Assembly (NCBI GenBank): GCA_944384125.1
Contig: CALWSF010000008.1
Location: 13,803 to 77,802 of the forward strand
Source of the DNA: an uncultured Lachnospiraceae bacterium
GTDB lineage: Bacteria; Bacillota; Clostridia; Lachnospirales; Lachnospiraceae
Direction: 5' to 3'
DNA: 64,000 nt
Position numbers and translations under genes: made by a program. A model generated the notes under the pieces. That model saw only the letters and a list, made by a program, of their open reading frames with translations. It was not told where the DNA came from and made no database searches. Below are positions 8,583-16,510 of this stretch, piece by piece (positions within the stretch are counted from its first letter, which is position 1; each line of letters opens with the position of its first letter).

Positions 8583-8843
8583 ATGTATATGAGTTATTTT
8601 AACACGTGTCCCAAATGCGGGGCGCATCTGGATCCCTGTGAACAGTGTGATTGCCAAAAGGAGAATTATGAATCAGGAAGAGAAGATAGAGATTTTGTTA
8701 TCCAGCATTCAGGCGAGTATAGTAATTCCGGACGGGCAGGAGCAGGCAATCCGCACGGCATTGGTAGATGGACTTCTGAAGCTTGCACAGCTGGATGCAG
8801 GGCTCAAAAAGGCAGTGTCTCCATATCGTTATTATCCGGTTGA
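8583..8843 (+). CDS. Small Zn-ribbon phage protein
   Basis: CPKCGAHLDPCEQCDC; 3' part overlaps next gene, so the end is doubtful. Confidence 0.45.
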   Translation: MYMSYFNTCPKCGAHLDPCEQCDCQKENYESGREDRDFVIQHSGEYSNSGRAGAGNPHGIGRWTSEACTAGCRAQKGSVSISLLSG

Positions 8844-9258
8844 ACTGCTCAGAGAAGGATATGCTGTATGGAATTGCGGCGGATTTTGTCCGGATAAGAA
8901 TAAGGGAAGTGCGCTCATGGCAGCAGGGTATGACGGAAGTCTGTTGAAAGTAGTGCGGACAAATAAAGAAAAAAATGGAAAGCATGTGCTCTGCCTGGTT
9001 TATCAGGGATGTTTTCTGGCAGAGGCGAAATCTTATCGGGATGGCAGTGTTTTTGTTGACTTGTATCAGATAGTGGGATTCTCGTCAAAAGCCGGAGGAA
9101 CATTCGAGGCAAAGTGTAAATGCTTATACAATTCCGGACCCAAATTTGTGACAACAAAAATGGCAAATGAATGGGTTCAGAGACTGTCCGGCTTAATAGA
9201 ATCTGTGAGCTATATGTCATTGAAAGAGGATAATGTATCAACGGAGTACAGGTGGTAG
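8668..9258 (+). CDS. Hypothetical phage protein
   Basis: AAGGAG RBS before MNQEEKI. Confidence 0.65.
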   Translation: MNQEEKIEILLSSIQASIVIPDGQEQAIRTALVDGLLKLAQLDAGLKKAVSPYRYYPVELLREGYAVWNCGGFCPDKNKGSALMAAGYDGSLLKVVRTNKEKNGKHVLCLVYQGCFLAEAKSYRDGSVFVDLYQIVGFSSKAGGTFEAKCKCLYNSGPKFVTTKMANEWVQRLSGLIESVSYMSLKEDNVSTEYRW

Positions 9259-9260
9259 AG

Positions 9261-9935
9261 ATGGAAAATTATACAGCAGAAATAAGCCGGATATCTGCAG
9301 ATTCGGCGGCAGGACGAGACAAGGCTGTTCTGCAGATTGTGATAGACGATCCGGTGGCACGCATCATCCGCCGCCGCGGAGTCCGCCATGTGGCTTTGGG
9401 AATTGAGGATGGCCGCCGGATCACGCCCCTGCAGCAGCGTAAAGCTTATGCCATGCTGCGGGATATCGGAGATTATACCGGATATCCCATTGAGCCGATG
9501 AAGCAGATCATGAAAGTAGAGCATATGATGCGAACGGGCGATTATGATTATTTCTCCCTGTCTGACTGCTCTATTACAAAGGCCAGGGAGTTTATTAATA
9601 CCTTGATGGAATATGCCCTGAAAGAGGGCGTGATTTTAAACGAGTCCGGCCTGATGCGGACGGATGATATCGATACATATTTAATCCAGTGCATCCGGTA
9701 CCGCAGGTGCTGTATTTGTGGACGGTCGGCCGATATCCATCATGTGGATGCCATAGGTATGGGAAATGACCGGCGGCATTACAATGACAGCAACAACCAG
9801 ATTGCGGCTCTGTGCCGGAATCATCATACCATTGCCCATAATATTGGTTGGAGCCGGTTTATGAGCATGTATAAAGTGTACGGCATTGAGAAGTACCGAT
9901 GCCAGGAAGGAGGGGAAGATGGCGATCACATTTGA
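9261..9935 (+). CDS. Putative HNHc nuclease
   Basis: CCICGRSADIHHVDAIGMG...ALCRNHHTIAH. Confidence 0.8.
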   Translation: MENYTAEISRISADSAAGRDKAVLQIVIDDPVARIIRRRGVRHVALGIEDGRRITPLQQRKAYAMLRDIGDYTGYPIEPMKQIMKVEHMMRTGDYDYFSLSDCSITKAREFINTLMEYALKEGVILNESGLMRTDDIDTYLIQCIRYRRCCICGRSADIHHVDAIGMGNDRRHYNDSNNQIAALCRNHHTIAHNIGWSRFMSMYKVYGIEKYRCQEGGEDGDHI

Positions 9936-10350
9936 TTCAATTGGAAATGGCGATTTGGCTGCCAAGTTTCGGAATGCACTGGGGGTAATTGGACGGAATA
10001 TCGTAGATCCAAATATGGAGTTGGATGCAGCGCGTGAAATTACAGTCGGGATCAAATTTAAACCAAACGAATCTGGGGCCATTGAGGTTACATATGGCAT
10101 TAAAACCAAGCTGGCCGGTCCGGCCAAGGCAAAGACTACGTTTTTAATTGGCCAGGATGCCAAGACGGGCCGAATTGAAATGACGGAGCATCGGAACGGA
10201 CGGCCGCAGGTGGCAGCTTATGAGGTTATACCGGCCGCACAGGAGGTTACGGAGCCTGAAAGAGTTGGAGCCGAAGCAGGGTTTGATCCGGAAACCGGAG
10301 AAATATACGAAACAGGGAAACCCATTGATTTGCGAAAGCAAAGAGCATAG
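9919..10350 (+). CDS. Conserved phage early protein
   Basis: RBS GGAGGGG; resembles the phage family usually annotated replication terminator protein. Confidence 0.6.
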   Translation: MAITFDSIGNGDLAAKFRNALGVIGRNIVDPNMELDAAREITVGIKFKPNESGAIEVTYGIKTKLAGPAKAKTTFLIGQDAKTGRIEMTEHRNGRPQVAAYEVIPAAQEVTEPERVGAEAGFDPETGEIYETGKPIDLRKQRA

Positions 10351-10365
10351 AAAAGGAGAGATAAG

Positions 10366-11112
10366 ATGGAAGGTTTAAAAGAGGCATTAAAGTATTTAGC
10401 AGATATGGGGGCAAATTCTGAAAAGACAGAAGTGATTGAAATTTGCGGAAAAACTTATGCGAATCGTAAACTGGAGCGATATGACACTTCTAAAAAAGCA
10501 TGTGCGATGAAGACAAAGACACTTTCTTCATTGGTGGAATACATGGAGCGCTGCAGCAGCGAATTCCCGGAACGGCAGATGATTGTGCATGTAGAAGATC
10601 CTAAAACCGTTGTTTTGAAATCTGGACTGGATGCCGAACGCGAACGGGAATCTCTCATGATTGTATCAGCGGAAACTTCGGAATTCCGATTTGACAGCTG
10701 GTATGATCAGGAGCGGTTTATGATAGAACTGCAGGCCAACTTCCAGAAAACGGATGATCTTGAGTTGATTTTAAAGGCAGCAGGGAATATCGACAAGAAA
10801 AACAGCCAGGCATATTCCGATGATGGAATATCGCAGGTCGCAACCATGACGGTGGGTGTGGCAACCAAGGCTGATGTAATTGTTCCGAATCCCGTCAGGT
10901 TAACGCCATACCGGACATTTCAGGAGATTGAGCAGCCTTCCAGCGACTTTGTGTTCAGAATTGGAAATGAGAACGAGCCCACCTTTAAACTGGTGGAGGC
11001 ACAGAACGGAATATGGAAGAATGAAGCGATTGAACGAATTAAATCATATATCCGGGCTGCACTGGAAAAGTTTCCGGATGACCTGAGGGAACAGATCATT
11101 GTAATTGGATAA
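10366..11112 (+). CDS. Conserved phage early protein
   Basis: AAGGAG RBS; VPNPVRLTPYRTFQEIEQPSSDFVFR motif common in Firmicutes prophages. Confidence 0.7.
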   Translation: MEGLKEALKYLADMGANSEKTEVIEICGKTYANRKLERYDTSKKACAMKTKTLSSLVEYMERCSSEFPERQMIVHVEDPKTVVLKSGLDAERERESLMIVSAETSEFRFDSWYDQERFMIELQANFQKTDDLELILKAAGNIDKKNSQAYSDDGISQVATMTVGVATKADVIVPNPVRLTPYRTFQEIEQPSSDFVFRIGNENEPTFKLVEAQNGIWKNEAIERIKSYIRAALEKFPDDLREQIIVIG

Positions 11113-11205
11113 CGTGTAACCGCTCTTTGTGGTTGAATAAAAAATATATTACCGAAAATTTGCCATTGACGTTCCCGGGGGAAGACCGAGCTCCCGGGAA
11201 ATTAA
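11113..11205 (+). ncRNA. Two-hairpin structured element (possibly skipping-rope-like motif)
   Basis: Hairpins 11118-11134 and 11172-11200 joined by an A-rich linker containing ATATAT and TGCCATT; family assignment is from memory only. Confidence 0.35.
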
Positions 11206-11210
11206 ATCGT

Positions 11211-11484
11211 ATTTCCTTGGGCGGGCATGCCTTCCCCTGGCGATACATTGACAGTCTTCCTCTTCCGCCGGTACTGCTGGTTGATTTGGCGGACTGAGAA
11301 AAGGTTTCCCATGGCGGATGCGTCTTCTTTGGGCGATCTTATTTAAAGAGTTTCCCCTGGCGGGTACGCCTTCCTTGGGCGATTCTGTGATAAGCGGCCT
11401 TCCTCTTCCGCCGGCACGGCTCCGGTTGATTTGGCGGGTTTAAAAGTGTACTTCCTTTGGCGGGGCAGCCTTCCTCTGGCGGTA
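11211..11484. repeat. Non-coding array of paired YTTCC-NNN-GGCG motifs arranged as [D-L-D]x2
   Basis: Motif pairs 19 nt apart at 11213/11232, 11306/11325, 11352/11371, 11452/11471; long units CTTCCTCTTCCGCCGG..GGTTGATTTGGCGG at 11256-11292 and 11399-11437. Confidence 0.85.
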
Positions 11485-11510
11485 CAGCTGCGATAACGGG
11501 AGAGAACGAT

Positions 11511-12518
11511 ATGGGAAAAGAAGGAATCGAGTTCTTCCCCTTGCAGTGCCAGCTTGACGAAAAATTTGAATTAATAGAGGCGGAATTTGGTCTGAAGGGC
11601 TTCGCGATTATTATAAAGCTCCTGCAGCGTATATACCGGGAGCATGGGTATTACTGCGAATGGAACAGTGACATTGCCCTTTTGTTTGCCTGGCAAAATG
11701 GGGTTTCCCGGAAGCAGGGAATGCCCTGTGCTGAGGATCGGAACCATATGGTATCCGGAGTTGTAAATTCCGCAGTCAGACGGGGTATCTTTAACCGCGA
11801 ACTTTACGAAAAATTTGGGATTCTGACATCCCGCGGCATCCAGAAACGGTATCTGGATATTGTGTATAAACGTAAAGTTGTAAAAATGGAAAAAGCATAC
11901 CTTTTATTAAGTGCACGCGAAATCAAGGGGAATGTTGTCATTTTGGATGATTCTGACGACAGAAACGGCAAAAATGACGACAGAAACGGACAAAGTAAAG
12001 GAAAGGAAAGTAATAATAAGATCTCTAAAGAGATCTTCGTTGCGAACGATGAAACGTCCGCAACCATGCCAGAAGCATCGCGGTATGTAGACGGATGCTT
12101 TGAGATACGCTGTGTAGATATGCTTATAAAATCTGTGCTGCAGCAGATGCCTGGAGCCAGAGTCCCAAAGTCATTAAAAGACAGGGAGAAATGGGCAGAT
12201 GAGATCGAGAAAATGAAGCGGTTGGATAAAAGAACAGAATCCGATATCTGGGAGGCACTTACATATGCGCTTACAGATGACTTCTGGAGGGCAAATATCC
12301 GCAGTACGAAAAAATTCCGGGAAAAATTTGAAACTCTGTTCCTGCAGAGCCGGAGGAAGGGAAAACAGAAGCAGAGTACGAATCGGTTCCATAATCTGGA
12401 AGAGCATGGATACGATTATGACAAGATAGTCTGGAGCATGATGGGAAGGGATGGTGGAGAAAATGAGCGAAGTCGGACAGGAGATAATGTTGGGGGAGCA
12501 GGCACTGACGGACGCTGA
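11511..12518 (+). CDS. DUF4373 (Lin1244/Lin1753-like) replication initiator
   Basis: GIEFFPL...IEAEFGLKGFAIIIKLLQRIYREHGYY...ILTSRGIQKRY; C-terminal FWRANIRSTKKFREKF. Confidence 0.85.
   Translation: MGKEGIEFFPLQCQLDEKFELIEAEFGLKGFAIIIKLLQRIYREHGYYCEWNSDIALLFAWQNGVSRKQGMPCAEDRNHMVSGVVNSAVRRGIFNRELYEKFGILTSRGIQKRYLDIVYKRKVVKMEKAYLLLSAREIKGNVVILDDSDDRNGKNDDRNGQSKGKESNNKISKEIFVANDETSATMPEASRYVDGCFEIRCVDMLIKSVLQQMPGARVPKSLKDREKWADEIEKMKRLDKRTESDIWEALTYALTDDFWRANIRSTKKFREKFETLFLQSRRKGKQKQSTNRFHNLEEHGYDYDKIVWSMMGRDGGENERSRTGDNVGGAGTDGR
11954..12020 (+). repeat. Intragenic direct repeats and A-rich tract; candidate phage origin
   Basis: TGACGACAGAAACGG at 11954 and 11975 (21-nt period), then AAAGTAAAGGAAAGGAAAGTAA. 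Confidence 0.5.
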
Positions 12519-14124
12519 GAAAAATATTAGAGATGGACTGGGAAAAGCGGTTAAAAGTGTTATTGTGGTCGGATATTACTTGAAGAAAATACGGGACAAC
12601 CATCTGTACGAATCAGCAGGTTATGAATCTATCTGGGAATATGCCTCTGACCGTTTTGGTTTCAGCATGTCTACGGCATCCCGGTATATGGCCAGAAATG
12701 ACAGATTTTCCCGCGATGGGAATAGCCCGGAGCTGGATGAGCGATATGAGGGATTCAGTAAATCCCAGCTGCAGGAAATGTTATCGCTGGATGATGAGCA
12801 GATGGAGCAGGTCACTCCGGATATGACAGTAAAAGAGATTCGGCAGATTCGCAAGCCTGATATACCCTATTATCCGATTCCAGGGCAGATGGAAATAAAT
12901 GATTTCCTGGAAACGACGGATGAGGAAAAAACGGAAGCGCAAGAGCCAGCGGAACAGCCTGAAAAGGTTACCATGCAGATATCAGATTTTATTGAGCGCC
13001 CGGACGAGCCAATTGTTCCGGAGCTGGAAGAGATGGATACTGTAGTTCGAGATTGTTATTGCAAAGCGGCTGCAAGAACATTGATTGAGTCATATCATGA
13101 CTGGATGCTTGAGGATTTTCCAAACCGTGTAACAGATGTCTGCGCATCGGAAATGGAATTTAAAGCAAAATTTAGAGAGGCGAGTACATCCTGGCATTTT
13201 ATGGCACCAGATGATGACGGAGTAGCACACGTAAATCTATTTGATGATTATATCCAGTTTTGGGACGGGGGAGGTAAATTCTTAGGGAATTGCGAGTGGT
13301 TTTATTTATGCGCTGCTATTCAGAGTATGTGGAATGTTATAGCGATGGAAAAAGCGCAGGAAACGGTAAAATCTATTGCGACGTCGCAACAGGATGATTG
13401 TCCTCCGGGGATATCTTATTGTATTCGCCAGGAATGGGGGACCGAACCGGAGCAGCAGGAAGCTGGGAGAAAAGAGTGCGGTAAGTGCTGGGAGCAGTGG
13501 GAAAAAAGCCATAAAAATTTAGTGGTACAGCAGGAAGAACGCGAAGAGCTGGAGCAGCAGGAGATAGAAGAGGCTTCGGAAGCCATCCAGATGGAAGAAT
13601 GTAATGATCTGGATCTGCTGAAGGAAATGCTGCGGAAAGAACAAAATGATCTGGAAGAGATTTTAAAAGTGAATAAGGTAGAACCATTGCCTCCCAAAAT
13701 GGTTAAAAAGAAAAAATTACTGGTAGGTGCTCTCGCCGGAATGATATGCGATTTGGAAAATGCAGAGGAGAGCGCGGAGGGGGAGCGGGAGCTTCCAGAG
13801 ATGCCACAATTGAGAAATAACGAAGAAAGAAGAGCCTGGCTGGAGAATTACCCATCATGGGGACTTTGGTATGAAGATACCCATATCGGTGTGAAGTATT
13901 ATAAATATGATTTTGACAATGGGGCAAAGCTGATTGTGGAGGAATATATCAGCCAGTACGGGTTTGATAAGAAAACGGAAATTACCTGCCCTTATTATCA
14001 CTTGATAGGAGGGGTTAAAGGGGAAAAGTGGTCCTATCATGAACGGTATAATAAATACCCCAATAGTAAGACAGAATTAATTGAGTTTTTGAAGGAGTTG
14101 CAGAAAAATGGATCGAATGCGTGA
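12451..14124 (+). CDS. Multi-domain acidic phage protein, function unknown
   Basis: N-terminal VGYYLKKIRD..STASRYM..FSKSQLQEML domain typical of Lachnospiraceae prophages. Confidence 0.7.
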   Translation: MVEKMSEVGQEIMLGEQALTDAEKNIRDGLGKAVKSVIVVGYYLKKIRDNHLYESAGYESIWEYASDRFGFSMSTASRYMARNDRFSRDGNSPELDERYEGFSKSQLQEMLSLDDEQMEQVTPDMTVKEIRQIRKPDIPYYPIPGQMEINDFLETTDEEKTEAQEPAEQPEKVTMQISDFIERPDEPIVPELEEMDTVVRDCYCKAAARTLIESYHDWMLEDFPNRVTDVCASEMEFKAKFREASTSWHFMAPDDDGVAHVNLFDDYIQFWDGGGKFLGNCEWFYLCAAIQSMWNVIAMEKAQETVKSIATSQQDDCPPGISYCIRQEWGTEPEQQEAGRKECGKCWEQWEKSHKNLVVQQEEREELEQQEIEEASEAIQMEECNDLDLLKEMLRKEQNDLEEILKVNKVEPLPPKMVKKKKLLVGALAGMICDLENAEESAEGERELPEMPQLRNNEERRAWLENYPSWGLWYEDTHIGVKYYKYDFDNGAKLIVEEYISQYGFDKKTEITCPYYHLIGGVKGEKWSYHERYNKYPNSKTELIEFLKELQKNGSNA

Positions 14125-14530
14125 TTCTATACTGAATCTCATTAAGAATGCAAAATCCCCCATATCATCAAAAGAGATAACGGATATGTGTCCATACACT
14201 CCAAAGGTAACGGTGTATGCGGCAATAAAAAATTTATATGCTTCAGGGCATCTGGAACGGGTGGGAAAGGGAAACAGAGGATATCTTTATATAATTTCCG
14301 GGGAAAAGATAGAGTTGCCGAGTGGGTACATAGACGCAGAAGAAATCAAAAGAGCAAAAATAAAAGCGGTTCCAGGCATGATTGTCCGGTATGTGAATGA
14401 GGATGGGGAAGAACGGAGGAGCAAAATATTAAAGCAGTATCCATATCATTGCATGATGGAAGATGGACATAGTTTTACATGGGCTCAGATAGCGGTGTAT
14501 TTGAGAAACCGGAAACGGTCTATCAGATAG
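14108..14530 (+). CDS. Winged-HTH-like phage protein
   Basis: PISSKEITDMC...VYAAIKNLYASGHLERV wHTH pattern. Confidence 0.6.
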   Translation: MDRMRDSILNLIKNAKSPISSKEITDMCPYTPKVTVYAAIKNLYASGHLERVGKGNRGYLYIISGEKIELPSGYIDAEEIKRAKIKAVPGMIVRYVNEDGEERRSKILKQYPYHCMMEDGHSFTWAQIAVYLRNRKRSIR

Positions 14531-14650
14531 GAATTATAAAAATGGAGGGGCGGGGGATGAAGCAGACACTTGTGTGAGTTAGGGGCTGTGTGTCAATGCC
14601 TGGATGATTCTTCCGGATTCGTACAAAGGGAAGATAGAAGGAAAATAAGG

Positions 14651-14806
14651 ATGGAAAAACAGAAAAATAACAGAAGCTGCGAAAATTGTTTATTTGAATA
14701 TTATTGTGACTGGAAACCAGCAGAAGGCAAATTGTATTGTCCTGAGTGGGAGCAGGAAGATCTGGAAATGCAGCAGGAGAAAGAAAAATTAAAATATACG
14801 GAATAA
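14651..14806 (+). CDS. Small Cys-rich hypothetical protein
   Basis: CENC..YYC..YC; RBS TAAGG. Confidence 0.45.
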   Translation: MEKQKNNRSCENCLFEYYCDWKPAEGKLYCPEWEQEDLEMQQEKEKLKYTE

Positions 14807-14958
14807 AAATGTTACCAGCCGGAGTGTGTCCCCTGGACATGTAATGTGAGACAGGACGCCTCCGATACAGTCAAAACTGCACTTCTCCCAGGACTGGTAA
14901 CAAAATTATTGTAGTACTGGGAGATGGCATTGGCAAGAATAAAGGGGAGGCGGAGCCA

Positions 14959-15411
14959 TTGGACAAAGATGTGCTGATACAGTATTGCGAGATAAGGGAA
15001 GAAATAAAAGATATCCATAGAAGGATCAGAGAGTTGGATAAATTTTTAGCTCATCCGCCGATTGTATCGGATACGGTAAGGGGGAGCAGGCGCGATGGCA
15101 CAATAGGACCGATTAAAATCACTGGGATTCCAGATCCTCTTTATCATCGTAAGGAACGGCAGCGAGATAGATACCGGAAAATTTTGCAGGATAAAGAAGC
15201 AGAGCTTTTGGCTCTTGCCTGCGAGGCTGAAAAGTACATAGAGAGTATTCCTAAGGCAGAATTGCGAATTATGTTTCGGTTGTATTATTTAGATGGTCTG
15301 GTATGGGAACAAGTTGCAATGCGAATGAATGGAATGTTCCCCCAGAAAAAGATTCCGTATTCTTCAGATGGTTGTCGGATGAGGAATAACCGGTATTTTG
15401 AGGAAAATTAA
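14959..15411 (+). CDS. ArpU/RinA-like late transcriptional activator
   Basis: Last early gene; LRIMFRLYYLDGLVWEQVAMRM sigma region-4-like HTH. Confidence 0.8.
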   Translation: MDKDVLIQYCEIREEIKDIHRRIRELDKFLAHPPIVSDTVRGSRRDGTIGPIKITGIPDPLYHRKERQRDRYRKILQDKEAELLALACEAEKYIESIPKAELRIMFRLYYLDGLVWEQVAMRMNGMFPQKKIPYSSDGCRMRNNRYFEEN

Positions 15412-15414
15412 GAA

Positions 15415-15457
15415 ATGTTCGACCATGTTCGCTTGAATGATGGTAATATGGTATTAT
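15415..15457 (+). promoter_or_regulatory. Candidate late promoter with activator direct repeat
   Basis: ATGTTCG at 15415 and 15425; extended -10 TGgTATTAT at 15449-15457. Confidence 0.5.
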
Positions 15458-15786
15458 GCAAAAGGTTTGGATAGCCGATTGCACCTCCTGTCTATATATT
15501 TTGAACTAGCCGTCGAGTATTGATGCTTGGCGGCTGATTTTGTTGTGACAGCAATTAAAACTACTGGACTGTTTGCCATACTGGTTATGTACAGTTGATG
15601 CATATTGGTTAATGGTTGACAATGTGAAGGTACCATTAATGGCGGATGGATAAGATAATCCTCAGAATTTCAGTTTGGTTACAGTTGGTCTGTTTTATAG
15701 AAAGTGGGAGTAATATTTCCCCCTTTGAAAAAAATGACATTTTAATTTTGCTTTTGGAGGCTGGTGGGAGGCCTTGACAGACCCGC

Positions 15787-15826
15787 AAAGAGGGGGCGTT
15801 TCTCATCGCGGAGACGTCCTCTTTTT
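15787..15826 (+). terminator. Intrinsic terminator upstream of terS
   Basis: AAAGAGGGGGCGTTTC/GAGACGTCCTCTTT stem plus T-run. Confidence 0.55.
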
Positions 15827-15849
15827 GTTGGAGGAAAGCACTGGGAGAC

Positions 15850-15930
15850 TAGGTACTACCATACCCCACCCCCCCTATGCGGGTCGTGGAAGGCCCGGTA
15901 TTTTTCTCTTTCCGGGTCAAAAAAATATGG
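15850..15930. other. Possible cos/packaging region
   Basis: AGGTACT..C-tract..GCGGGTCG pattern just upstream of terS; inference from position. Confidence 0.3.
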
Positions 15931-15970
15931 CACTTCCTTCCGCTTTGGAAGGGAAAGAGAAGGGAGGTAA

Positions 15971-16510
15971 ATGCCTATGATTGTAAATCAAAAAGAGCTA
16001 TCCCAATGCTTGGGCATTAGTTCCAGGAGAGTCCGTCAATTAAGGGAAGAAGGGCTTTTTAAGTTAAGCCAGGAAGGACGTGGGTACGTTCTTGAAAAGA
16101 GCATTCAAGAGTATATCGATTATAAGGTAAATGCGGAAACGGGCAGGCGGGCATCTATCTCCAAAGAGGAAGTGCAGGCGGAGCATGAGGAAGTAAAGAA
16201 ACAGATTTCCCTTTTGAAATTGCGAAAGCTTAGAAGAGAGCTCCATGAAGCTGCAGATGTGGAAGCGTATTTGTCGGATATGTTGGTACGATTTAAAAAC
16301 CGGCTGATGGCTGTTCCTGCAAAGTTGGCCATGCAGGTATCAGGAGAAAAGGATCTGAATGTAATTATTCAGATAATCAAAAAAGAATTAACAGCGGTAT
16401 TGGAAGAACTTTCCGAATATGACCCGGATGAAATTGATGGACAGGCGGGCGACAGTGATGAAGAACTGGAAGAGGAATATGAGGAAGAGGAAGAAGGAGA
16501 TGGCGAGTGA
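15971..16510 (+). CDS. terS: Terminase small subunit (Nu1-like)
   Basis: N-terminal HTH VNQKELSQCLGISSRRVRQL; coupled to terL. Confidence 0.85.
   Translation: MPMIVNQKELSQCLGISSRRVRQLREEGLFKLSQEGRGYVLEKSIQEYIDYKVNAETGRRASISKEEVQAEHEEVKKQISLLKLRKLRRELHEAADVEAYLSDMLVRFKNRLMAVPAKLAMQVSGEKDLNVIIQIIKKELTAVLEELSEYDPDEIDGQAGDSDEELEEEYEEEEEGDGE

Noticed and set aside
11211-11484. Array as CRISPR or TIGR array
   Set aside because: No identical 25-40 nt repeats with uniform spacers, no cas genes, no box C/D-like motifs, and no Nop-domain gene recognised nearby.
11457-11510. Track's upstream start for the initiator
   Set aside because: Falls inside the last array unit; ATG 11511 has the RBS-like GGGAGAG and begins the conserved domain.
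15460-15780. tRNA genes in the late leader
   Set aside because: No cloverleaf with T-loop GTTCRA or CCA end found by eye.
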